DNA from: Thermoplasmata archaeon
GTDB taxonomy: Archaea > Thermoplasmatota > E2 > JACPAO01 > JAHFTW01
Direction of reading: 5' to 3'
Assembly: GCA_023269235.1 (NCBI GenBank)
Contig: JAHFTW010000001.1
Coordinates: 43,548 to 107,547, forward strand
Length of the DNA stretch: 64,000 nucleotides
The position numbers and the translations under genes are program-made. Under the pieces are notes generated by a model that did not search any database, was not told where the DNA came from, and saw only the letters and a program-made list of their open reading frames with translations. Within the stretch, counting starts at the first letter, position 1, and each line of letters starts with the position of its first letter. Below, piece after piece: positions 22,621 to 31,028 of the stretch.

Positions 22621-24042
22621 ATGGCCGACCCCATGCCGGACGCCGACGAGACCCCTTCCGGCGACGGCCTGCGCCGCGAGCTCAACCTCTTCGGCGCGGT
22701 CTCGATGATCGTCGGCATCGTCATCGGCTCCGGCATCTTCCTGGGCGTCAACCGCGTCGCGGCCGGCGCCGGCTCGCCGTGGCTCATCGCGCTGGCCTGG
22801 GTGCTCGGCGGCGCGCTGACGCTCATGGGCGCGCTCACCTACGCGGAGCTGGGGGTCATCTTCCCGCGCGCCGGCGGCGCGTACGTCTTCATCCGCGAGA
22901 GCATCGGACGCTTCCCCGCGTTCCTGCTCGGCTGGACGACCTTCACCGTCAACCTTGCCGGCTCCGCCGCCGCCTTGGCCGTCGTCTTCGCGGCGCAGCT
23001 CAACGTCCTCAAGCCCGGCGGCTTCGGGCCCATCTGGCCTGATCATCCCGACTGGTCCATCAAGGCGACCGCGGCATGCCTCATCCTCCTCGTCGCCATC
23101 ATCAACTACTTCGGCCTGCGCCTCGGCGGCAACGTGCAGAAGGGCTTCACGGTCCTCAAGGGAGGCCTCATGGTGTTCCTCGCCGTCGCGGCCCTCGCGT
23201 ACACAGGACCCCAGGCCGTCGCGCCGATGGGCGCGGCCGCGGCCGACCGCGTCACCGAGCACGGCTTCGACTTTGCCGGATTCTTCGGCCTCGCCATGGT
23301 CGCGGTCTTCTTCGCCTACGACGGCTGGACGAACGTCGCCACCGTGGGCTCCGAAATCAAGGACCCCGCCCGCAACCTGCCGCGCGCCATGCTGTTCGGC
23401 GTCCTCGGCGTCCTCGTGCTCTACCTCTCCGTCTCGTTCGGCTACTTGCACGTCCTCGGCTTCGACGGCTTCGCCAACTCGCAGCGCACCGTGGCGAGCG
23501 ACGCCGCGCATGTGCTGTTCGGCAACCTCGGCCAGGGCCTCGTCGCCGCCGTCATCCTCGTCTCCGTGCTCGGCAGCCTCAACGGCATCACCATCTCGGG
23601 GCCGCGCTTCTACTACGCCATGGCGCGCGACGGCCTCTTCCCGCGCCTCTTCGGCGAGGTGAACCGCCACCACGTCCCGGCCCACTCCATCTGGGGCCAG
23701 GCCGGCCTCGCCATCCTGTTCCTGCTCTTCCTGGACTTCGACCAGCTCACGGGCAGCATCGTCTTCGTCTCGTTCTTCTTCTACGCCCTCGCCGCCGTGG
23801 GCCTGCTCGTGCTGCGCCGCACGCGCCCGGACCTGCCGCGCCCCTACAAGGTGCCCGGCTACCCGGTCGTGCCCATCCTGTACATCGTGGGCAGCGTCTC
23901 GTTCTCGCTCTACCAGCTCTACCTCGCGGTGACGGACTTTGCCCACGCGGGTTACCTGCTCGCGAGCGTCGCCATCGTGGCCGCCGGCGTCCCAGTGTAC
24001 TTGTATTATCGGCGGCGCGGCGCCGCAGTGGACAAGGCCTGA
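22621..24042 (+). CDS. APC-superfamily amino acid permease
   Basis: 12 TM helices. N-terminal GAVSMIVGIVIGSGIF signature. Confidence 0.85.
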   Translation: MADPMPDADETPSGDGLRRELNLFGAVSMIVGIVIGSGIFLGVNRVAAGAGSPWLIALAWVLGGALTLMGALTYAELGVIFPRAGGAYVFIRESIGRFPAFLLGWTTFTVNLAGSAAALAVVFAAQLNVLKPGGFGPIWPDHPDWSIKATAACLILLVAIINYFGLRLGGNVQKGFTVLKGGLMVFLAVAALAYTGPQAVAPMGAAAADRVTEHGFDFAGFFGLAMVAVFFAYDGWTNVATVGSEIKDPARNLPRAMLFGVLGVLVLYLSVSFGYLHVLGFDGFANSQRTVASDAAHVLFGNLGQGLVAAVILVSVLGSLNGITISGPRFYYAMARDGLFPRLFGEVNRHHVPAHSIWGQAGLAILFLLFLDFDQLTGSIVFVSFFFYALAAVGLLVLRRTRPDLPRPYKVPGYPVVPILYIVGSVSFSLYQLYLAVTDFAHAGYLLASVAIVAAGVPVYLYYRRRGAAVDKA

Positions 24043-24800
24043 GCGAGCACGCCCCATTCGTAGGGCGCGATCGCCATGGCGGTGCGGCTGCCGCCCCCGA
24101 TCCAGTCCAGCGCATCGGTCACGGCTTGCGGCGGGATGTTGAGCGTCTCCGCGAGCGGGGAGAGGCTGTGGCGCAAGGTCTTGCGCTTTGACTCCCACGC
24201 GGTGTCGAGGAGGAGCCCCATGCGCTCGGGCTCCACGAACTTCTTCGGCTCGAGGCGCACGACGCAGGAGTCCACGAAGGGGCGCGGCTCGAAGGAGCGG
24301 CGCGAGAGCGGGAACAGGACGCGGGTCTTGGCGCGCAGCGCGGTCTCGACCGTGAGGCGACCGTACGCGTCGGAGCCGACGGGGGCAGTGAGGCGCTCGG
24401 CGAGCTCGTTCGGCATGACGAGGATGAGGCGCCCGACGTCGTGGTCGAGGAGCCGGCGCAGAATGGCTGGGAGGATGCGGTAGGGCGGGTTCGCGACGAC
24501 GGCGTCCACCTTGTCGGGCAGACGGACATGGAGGATGTCACCCTGGACGACCTTGACGCCGTCCCAGCCGCGCCGCTTGAGGACGTCCACGCGGTCGGGG
24601 TGCGACTCGACGGCCACGACCCTTCCTCCGGGCATGACGGCCTTGGAGAGCGGCTCGGTGAGCGCCCCGACCCCGGCGCCAGCGTCCAGAACGGTCTCGC
24701 CGGGCTTCAGCTCCGCCGCGGCCACGATGCGGGCGGCCGCCTCCTCGAGGAGGAAGTGGGCCCCTTCCTGGCGCGTCTCCGGGTCGGTCGGCACAGCCAC
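24006..24800 (-). CDS. rsmA: rRNA small-subunit adenine dimethyltransferase family (KsgA/Dim1-like)
   Basis: SAM motif VLDAGAGVGALT. Catalytic tetrapeptide reads NPPY rather than the usual N[IL]PY. C-terminal FxPxPxVDS motif (FEPRPFVDSCVV). 37-bp convergent overlap with the permease. Confidence 0.6.
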   Translation of the reverse strand: MAVPTDPETRQEGAHFLLEEAAARIVAAAELKPGETVLDAGAGVGALTEPLSKAVMPGGRVVAVESHPDRVDVLKRRGWDGVKVVQGDILHVRLPDKVDAVVANPPYRILPAILRRLLDHDVGRLILVMPNELAERLTAPVGSDAYGRLTVETALRAKTRVLFPLSRRSFEPRPFVDSCVVRLEPKKFVEPERMGLLLDTAWESKRKTLRHSLSPLAETLNIPPQAVTDALDWIGGGSRTAMAIAPYEWGVLAQALSTAAPRRR

Positions 24801-24847
24801 TCCAGGCCACCGAACACCCTAAACCCCTTGCCTGTCGTCCGAGCCTC

Positions 24848-26509
24848 GTGCAGGACCTGCGCGTGGCCCAGGCCTTGGCGGCGGCCGCCTACGACGCGTG
24901 GCGCGGCATCCAGGCCCGCAGCGACCTGCACGAGAAGGTCGGCAAAGGCGCGGGCGGCAACGCCACGAGCCGCGCCGACGCGGTCCTGGAGGCCGCCATC
25001 TTGGAAGCCGCAAAGCCGTTCGGGATGAGCGTGCTCTCGGAAGAGGCCGGCTTCGTGAAAGGGGACGGCCCGCTCCTTGCGGTCGTGGACCCGCTGGACG
25101 GGTCCCGCAACGCCGGCCGCGGCATCCCGTTCCACTGCACGAGTGTTGCCGTCGGCCCCGCGACCGGCCGCCTCGGCGACCTACGCGCCGGTGTCGTGCG
25201 CAACCTCGTCACCGGCGACCTGTACGAGGCCACCAAAGGGGGCGGCGCGCTTCTCAACGGCAAGGCCATCGCCCCGCGGCCGTTCGACAGCAAGGAGTTC
25301 CTCCTGGGGACCATCGCCGACTACGCCGAGGCCGAGATCGAGGAGGCACACCGACGCCCCGGCCGCCACATCCGCGACCTCGGCTCGGCCGCGCTTGAGA
25401 TGTGCCTTGTCGGCACTGGCGCCCTCGACGCCTTCCATGTCCGCAAGCCGTGGCTGCGGGTCATCGACATCGCCGCCGCCACGCTTGTCGTGCGCGAGGC
25501 CGGCGGCCAGGTCCTCGACCCGGCGACGGGCCGCGACCTGGACATGCCGCTCAACCTCGAGGTCCGCAGCGGCATCCTCGCGACGCACAGCGCGGGGGCC
25601 CGCAAGGTCCTCCTCGGCTCCGTGACGCCGAAACCCATGCCGGGCCTCGCCGGCGCTCCCTCCAATCCGAGCGGACCCCTCACCTGGGCCCTCGTCGGGA
25701 AGGCCGGCATCCCGCACGTCCGCTCCGAATCGGTCCGGTTGCGCGAGAACCTGGAGAAGAAGGGCCAGGCCGTCCTGCTGGAGACCGACCTCGCGAAGGC
25801 GCTCGGCGGCAAGGCCCACTCGCTCGCCGAGCTCGACCAGCTGGCCGACCTCTTCCTCACCGTCGGCGGCGACGGGACCATCCTGATGACGCAGGCCGTG
25901 ACCGACAAGCCGGTCTTCGGCGTCAACGCTGGAGCCATCGGGTTCCTCGCGGAGGTGGAGCCGCCGCAGGCGGTCGCGGCCATCGACCAGATCCTGCGCG
26001 GCGACTACCGCGTCGAGGAGCGCGACAAGCTCTCCGCGTGGCTCGACGGCAAGCCGCTGCCCGACGCCACGAACGAGGTCACCCTGCAGACCTCGCGCAT
26101 CGCCAAGCTCATCCGGTTCCGCATCAGCGTGAGCGGGGAGGTCCTGGACACACTGCGCGGCGACGGCATCATCGTCAGCACCGCCACCGGCAGCACCGGC
26201 TACGCGATGAGCGTCGGCGGCCCCCTCGTCCACCCGCTCGTGCACGGCACTGTCCTCGCGCCCATTGCTCCGTTCCGCCTCTCCGCGCGGCCATGGGTCG
26301 TCCCGTCGGAGTCCGTGATCGAGCTGACATTGGAGGACCGCGAGTCGCAGACGGGCACCGGCCAGGCGCGCGTCGTGGTGGACGGCCAGCATGGCTTCGA
26401 CGTCGAGCCCGGCCAGGTCGTGCGCGTGGCGCCCTCCACCCGCAAGGCGCGTTTCATCCGGCTCGGCCCCGGCTTCTACGAGCGTGTGCGCTCCAAGCTG
26501 ACGCGGTGA
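24848..26509 (+). CDS. nadK: Bifunctional NADP phosphatase (IMPase/FBPase fold) / NAD+ kinase
   Basis: N-terminal IMPase motifs (VVDPLDGSRNAGRGIP). C-terminal NAD kinase GGDGT (TVGGDGTILM) and NEVTL. Same architecture as the M. jannaschii fusion. Confidence 0.85.
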   Translation: MQDLRVAQALAAAAYDAWRGIQARSDLHEKVGKGAGGNATSRADAVLEAAILEAAKPFGMSVLSEEAGFVKGDGPLLAVVDPLDGSRNAGRGIPFHCTSVAVGPATGRLGDLRAGVVRNLVTGDLYEATKGGGALLNGKAIAPRPFDSKEFLLGTIADYAEAEIEEAHRRPGRHIRDLGSAALEMCLVGTGALDAFHVRKPWLRVIDIAAATLVVREAGGQVLDPATGRDLDMPLNLEVRSGILATHSAGARKVLLGSVTPKPMPGLAGAPSNPSGPLTWALVGKAGIPHVRSESVRLRENLEKKGQAVLLETDLAKALGGKAHSLAELDQLADLFLTVGGDGTILMTQAVTDKPVFGVNAGAIGFLAEVEPPQAVAAIDQILRGDYRVEERDKLSAWLDGKPLPDATNEVTLQTSRIAKLIRFRISVSGEVLDTLRGDGIIVSTATGSTGYAMSVGGPLVHPLVHGTVLAPIAPFRLSARPWVVPSESVIELTLEDRESQTGTGQARVVVDGQHGFDVEPGQVVRVAPSTRKARFIRLGPGFYERVRSKLTR

Positions 26510-26512
26510 GCC

Positions 26513-27061
26513 ATGGGCTTCCTCGGCTTCGGGCGGAAGAAGCGGCGCGAGTACGTCGTGCGCGCCAATTTCATGGATCTCCCCGAGGAAGAGTGGACCG
26601 ACGACGAGTTCGACCACTGGCTCGCCACGTGCCCCGAGGACGAGTACTGGGCCTACTGGGAGGACTGGAGCCGCGCCACCGTCGATCACCCCACGGTGCG
26701 CTCCATCCGGCAGAGCGTCCTCGACCTCGCCCGCGCCGCCGCCGCCTCCAGCCACCCGCAGGAGTTCGGCGCCATGATGCGGCTCAAGGGCGACACCATC
26801 ACCGAACTCGTCCTGCTCCCCATCGTGCAGGGCGACGCGCACACCATCCTCTACACGCACCGGCTCCCGGTGGACCGCACCATCCGGGGGACGCTGCACA
26901 GCCACCCGAGCCCGCACCCGTACCCGTCGGACGCGGACTTCGAGTTCTTCGAGAGCCAAGGCGTCATCCACGTCATCCTCGGCTCCCCCTACGGCCCGGA
27001 TGACTGGCGCGCGTACGGTCACGACGGCCAGCCTGTCAGCCTCCGCGTGGTGGACGGATGA
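26513..27061 (+). CDS. JAMM/MPN+ metalloprotease-domain protein
   Basis: HSHPSPHPYPSDAD matches the JAMM motif HxHx7Sx2D, with an upstream Glu (PQEFGAMM). Stop overlaps the next start (ATGA). Confidence 0.65.
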   Translation: MGFLGFGRKKRREYVVRANFMDLPEEEWTDDEFDHWLATCPEDEYWAYWEDWSRATVDHPTVRSIRQSVLDLARAAAASSHPQEFGAMMRLKGDTITELVLLPIVQGDAHTILYTHRLPVDRTIRGTLHSHPSPHPYPSDADFEFFESQGVIHVILGSPYGPDDWRAYGHDGQPVSLRVVDG

Positions 27062-28044
27062 CTGAACTGGACCCGAGCCTCCTCGCCGCCGGCCTCTTCG
27101 CCCCCGTCGTCGTGTGGGTCCTTTGGCGCGGCCAGACGGTGAGCGTCGAGCTGCTGCGCACGCGCCTGCTGGTCCTGACGCGGCACAAGGACCAGGCGTG
27201 GGTCTACGCCATCGTGAGCTGGTTCGGGACGTTCCTGCACGAGGTCAGCCACGCCCTTGTCCTCCTCCTCAGCGGCCACGGCATCAAGCAGTTCCGCGCC
27301 GGCGTCGAGAAGGGCCACGTCACCCCCGCGACGATGCGCAAAGGCCCCGTCTCGTTCCTGTTCTTCCTCGTCGCGGCCCTTGCGCCGCTGTTCCTCCCCC
27401 CGCTCCTGGTCCTCGTCCTCCTGGCGGTCTTCCTCGACCCTGGCCTCTTCACGTTCGCGCACGGCGGTCCCGGCCTCCAGGTCGCTTGGGACCTCCTGGT
27501 CTCCTTCGGCATGGACTTCCCGCTCCGGCTCGTGCGCGACCTTGGCGACCTCGACCTCGCGAGGCCAGCCCACCTCGGCGTCCTCGCCGCCGTCCTGCTC
27601 GGCATCCCCGGCGCGCGCCCGAGCCACGTCAAGAGCCGCTGGCATGGCCCCGAGGGCGACATCGCGGTGCTCCGGGCCCGCATCCGCGAGAACCCGCTCC
27701 CGTTCGTGGCGTTCTTGCTCATCCTCTACCTGGCCTCGTTTCTCACCCTTGTCTGGCCCGAGGCGTACTGGGTCCCGCTCCAGGCGGTCTGGGCGATGGC
27801 CATCGCCGGCATCGTCCTCGCCCTCTTCGGGAGCCTGTGGTGGAGCCTCGCCGGCCTCGACGGGCGCGTGACGCCCTGGCTCGCCTGGCTCGGGCCCGCC
27901 AGCTTCGTCGCCGTCCAGGTCGCCGCCCGCGTCGTCGCCCTTCCCGCAGGCACGACCTTTCTTCAGGTCAACCTGGCGAGCCTCGCGGCCTGGCTGCTCG
28001 TGGCCCTCGTCCTGGGCGCCGTGGCGCGCCGGTCGAAGGGTTAA
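27058..28044 (+). CDS. M50/site-2-protease-like intramembrane metalloprotease
   Basis: HEVSHAL in a TM helix (HExxH) and a C-terminal LAGLDGR (LDG motif). Polytopic. Confidence 0.55.
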   Translation: MTELDPSLLAAGLFAPVVVWVLWRGQTVSVELLRTRLLVLTRHKDQAWVYAIVSWFGTFLHEVSHALVLLLSGHGIKQFRAGVEKGHVTPATMRKGPVSFLFFLVAALAPLFLPPLLVLVLLAVFLDPGLFTFAHGGPGLQVAWDLLVSFGMDFPLRLVRDLGDLDLARPAHLGVLAAVLLGIPGARPSHVKSRWHGPEGDIAVLRARIRENPLPFVAFLLILYLASFLTLVWPEAYWVPLQAVWAMAIAGIVLALFGSLWWSLAGLDGRVTPWLAWLGPASFVAVQVAARVVALPAGTTFLQVNLASLAAWLLVALVLGAVARRSKG

Positions 28045-28062
28045 GGGTCCCGCGACGGCTGC

Positions 28063-28812
28063 GTGCGCCTGATGGGCGTGCTGATGCTGCCGGGCGAGCG
28101 CGAGGTGGTCCGCCTCCGGCCGACCACTCTCTCCAACCCGTGGGTCCACGTCGGCGCCCTCGGTCTGGGCCTATGGGCCTTGGTCCTCCAGGCGCTCTTC
28201 TCCTCCCGGTCTTGGCTGGAGACGAAGGTCGTGTGGTGGCAGCCCTGGACCTGGTTCGTCGCCAACGATCTCGCCGCCCACTTCTGGGCCGCCACGGCCC
28301 CCGTCGGGGTCGGCCTCGCGCTCGGCCTTCTCGCCCACAAGCGCCTGGGGCTCTGGCTCGCGGTCGGCTCCGCCATCGGCGCCAGCCTCGTCACGCTCCT
28401 GCTCGCCATCCCTGCCGCGCAGGGGCTCCCGGTCTCCGTCGCGGCGATGGCCGTCCTGGTCCTCGTCTTCGCCGAGCTGCGACGCCGCTCGCAGCACTTG
28501 GCCGTCACCACGCTGCGCCTCGTCGCCTGGCAGGAGTTCCCGCGCCGCCGGGAATGGACGGCCCGCCATGCCGACCTGGTGGACCTGGAGCTCCGGCAGG
28601 GCGCCCTCGCCCGCGGCCTCGGCACCGGCACGCTCGTCGCCGTCCAAGGCGACGGCTCGCGCACCCTCTTCTGCAACGTCGCGCGGGCCTCCCGCGTCCG
28701 CACGCTTGCCGAGGCGCTCGTGCGCCAGGCCACCGCGACACCCTACCTGCGCGAGAGCCAGGACCTCGACCGCCAGGTCGCGGATGCCCTCGCGGCCTTG
28801 CAGCGCCGCTGA
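28063..28812 (+). CDS. Membrane protein with C-terminal PH-like (bPH_2/YdbT-like) domain, putative
   Basis: Two or three N-terminal TM helices followed by a soluble domain. The assignment is weak. Confidence 0.35.
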   Translation: MRLMGVLMLPGEREVVRLRPTTLSNPWVHVGALGLGLWALVLQALFSSRSWLETKVVWWQPWTWFVANDLAAHFWAATAPVGVGLALGLLAHKRLGLWLAVGSAIGASLVTLLLAIPAAQGLPVSVAAMAVLVLVFAELRRRSQHLAVTTLRLVAWQEFPRRREWTARHADLVDLELRQGALARGLGTGTLVAVQGDGSRTLFCNVARASRVRTLAEALVRQATATPYLRESQDLDRQVADALAALQRR

Positions 28813-28881
28813 AGCAAGCCTCATCCTCCCCTGCGCGGTCGAAGCGCCGTGGCCATCGTCCGTTGCTTGCGCAACGGAGAA

Positions 28882-29211
28882 ATGCCACCCCCGGCTCCGA
28901 CGGGCGTGGCCTTCTGCGGCAACTGCAAGAGCCTCGTCTACCCCGTGGGCGGGAAGCTCTCGTGCAAGAAGTGCGGCTGGAGCTCGGACGGACCGGCCGC
29001 CGCCAACGTCGTGCGCACCGCCGCGTCAGGCACCAAGCGCGTCGTGCTGGAGAAGAAGGAGGAGGCGCGCCCCCTCCAGACGACGACCTGCCCGAAGTGC
29101 TCCCACGACCGCGCCTACTTCCACCTCATGCAGACGCGGCGCTCGGACGAACCGCCGACGCAGATCAACGAGTGCGAAGCGTGTCATCACTCGTGGCGCG
29201 ACTACGGATGA
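28882..29211 (+). CDS. tfs: Transcription factor S (TFS) / RNA polymerase subunit M-like
   Basis: N-terminal Zn ribbon CGNC...CKKCGW and C-terminal CPKCSHDRAYFHLMQTRRSDEPPT...CEACHH (TFIIS-type ribbon with acidic hairpin). Start chosen at the ATG after the ggag RBS; the longer ORF has a GTG at 28849. Confidence 0.8.
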   Translation: MPPPAPTGVAFCGNCKSLVYPVGGKLSCKKCGWSSDGPAAANVVRTAASGTKRVVLEKKEEARPLQTTTCPKCSHDRAYFHLMQTRRSDEPPTQINECEACHHSWRDYG

Positions 29212-29284
29212 TGGCGTGGTACGTCGAATGGACCGGGCGGTCGCGGGAGTGCCATCCAGGCCCTCCGCGGAATGACCCGGAGAA

Positions 29285-30133
29285 TCAGGGCCCAGCGGCC
29301 GTGAAGTTCGGGTCGGGCGGCTGGAGATAAAACGCGGTGAAGATGGCCTCGAAGTCCTGGTCGAAGGCGAAGGCGGCTCCGGCCCCGGCCTCGAGCTCGT
29401 CGAGGTTGGCCCCGACGCTCCACGTGACCCGGACCGTTCCCCCGCCCGAGTAGTATTTCTTGCTCGCGGCCTGGCCCACCACGACACGAAGAATGCTGCC
29501 TCCCTGCGCGGCCGCGAGCAGCGTGTCCTTGTCCCCGAAGCCGACCGTTTCCACGGTGGCGTTGAGATACTGCGCAAGCGGTGTCCGCGGTGCCCAGGAC
29601 GTCTCGAGGACGACTCCAGCCAGGTCCCCGTTGACCTGGAACTCCGCGACACGCTGGCTCACCCCCGTGTTGACGCCCTGGACGCTGCTGCAGTCGCGCA
29701 CATCGGCCCCGCCGCTGGTCTCGACGTCGGCCTCGCACACGATGAACCCCTTGAACTTCTGCGACACCGCGTAGGGTTTCGAGGAAGGGACAGGGTCGAG
29801 CGTGAAGTTGAGGAGGGTCGAGTTGCCGACCGAGACGCTCACGGCCTTGCCGCGCGGCAGGAAGCCCTTGGCCTCGACGACGACCACGAGCGGGACCTGG
29901 GCAGGGAGGCTTGGGAAGGCGAAGCGGCCATCGTTGCCCGACGTGGCTGTCGCGTTGGCGCTAGCGATGGTCACCTTGGCCCCCACCACCGGGCGCACTC
30001 CCGAGTCCACGATGTAGCCCTGGAGCATCGGGAACTCGTCTGACCCGGCCGCAGGGCCGGTGGACTCCGCCGGCCCGGAGCAACCCGCCAGCAGCAACAG
30101 GACCGGGATGGCGAACGCGAGGGCACCGCGCAT
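29285..30133 (-). CDS. Secreted lipoprotein with carboxypeptidase-regulatory-like (CarbopepD_reg) beta-sandwich domain
   Basis: Lipobox LLAGCSG, then GYIVDSGVRPVVGAKVTI...TSGNDGRFAF. Paralogous to the next gene. Confidence 0.6.
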   Translation of the reverse strand: MRGALAFAIPVLLLLAGCSGPAESTGPAAGSDEFPMLQGYIVDSGVRPVVGAKVTIASANATATSGNDGRFAFPSLPAQVPLVVVVEAKGFLPRGKAVSVSVGNSTLLNFTLDPVPSSKPYAVSQKFKGFIVCEADVETSGGADVRDCSSVQGVNTGVSQRVAEFQVNGDLAGVVLETSWAPRTPLAQYLNATVETVGFGDKDTLLAAAQGGSILRVVVGQAASKKYYSGGGTVRVTWSVGANLDELEAGAGAAFAFDQDFEAIFTAFYLQPPDPNFTAAGP

Positions 30134-30179
30134 GCCCGTGCCGCGCCCGCGAGCCGTGGAGGCCGAGGTGAAGCCGGCG

Positions 30180-31028
30180 TCAAGCCTTGGTGATGGTGTA
30201 GTCGGGTGGGGGCGGGGCGACATAGAAGAGGCTCGCGAAGGCGTCCACTTGCTGCTCGAACGCGAACCCGGCGCCAGCGGCCACCTCGTTCGCGTCGTTG
30301 TTGGGGTCCACCCGCACGGTGAGCTTCATCACGCCGCCGGGGGTGTAGTATTTCTGGGCCGTCGCCTGGGGGACGGTGAGCCGCAGCGGCGACGTGGAGA
30401 CCCCCTCGGCGAGGATGACGTTGAGCTGGCCCAGGTTGAGGGTCTCCAGGCGCGCGCTGAGCGCGGACTCCAGCGGGGACTGGGCCGTCCAGGCCAGCTC
30501 GAGGACGACGCCCGCCAGGTCCGGGCCGACGGCGATCTCCCATTGGTCCCTGCTCGCGGATTCGATGCCCGTTCCTGAGCTGCAGTCGTACGTGGAGTTC
30601 TGGCCGGACACCTCCGTCGCGACCTGGCAGGCGATGAACAGGGTCTGCGGGAGCTTCTGCATGAAGGGGGTCTTCGACGAGATGGGCTCCATGGTGAAGT
30701 TCAGCCGCACCGTGGACTGGGTCGGGACGCTGACCTGCTTCGACAGGGGCGTGAAACCATCCTTGGTCGCTACGAGGAGCAGAACGCGGTCCACGGGCAA
30801 GTCGGTGAACGCGTAGTGGCCGCTCGCGTCCGTCGTCGCCGTGGCGTTGGTGTCCAGCACCCGCACGTGAACGTCCTTCATCGGGACGATGCCAGGATCC
30901 AGGACGTAGCCGGACAGAAGCGGCGTCCCGGGTGGGACCCCTGCGTCTGACGCGCCTGTGCCCGAGTCGGTCTGGCTACAGCCCGCCAACAGCATCAGGG
31001 CGGCGGCCGCGAGGGCGGTCGGTCTCAT
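30180..31028 (-). CDS. Secreted lipoprotein with CarbopepD_reg-like domain (paralog)
   Basis: Lipobox LLAGCSQ, then GYVLDPGIVPMKDVHVRV...TDASGHYAF. ~35-40% identical by eye to the previous gene. Start overlaps the M14 stop. Confidence 0.6.
   Translation of the reverse strand: MRPTALAAAALMLLAGCSQTDSGTGASDAGVPPGTPLLSGYVLDPGIVPMKDVHVRVLDTNATATTDASGHYAFTDLPVDRVLLLVATKDGFTPLSKQVSVPTQSTVRLNFTMEPISSKTPFMQKLPQTLFIACQVATEVSGQNSTYDCSSGTGIESASRDQWEIAVGPDLAGVVLELAWTAQSPLESALSARLETLNLGQLNVILAEGVSTSPLRLTVPQATAQKYYTPGGVMKLTVRVDPNNDANEVAAGAGFAFEQQVDAFASLFYVAPPPPDYTITKA

Noticed and set aside
25181-27022. 613-aa minus-strand ORF
   Set aside because: Antisense to the IMPase/NAD-kinase fusion and the JAMM gene. 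No domains. A GC-driven spurious ORF.
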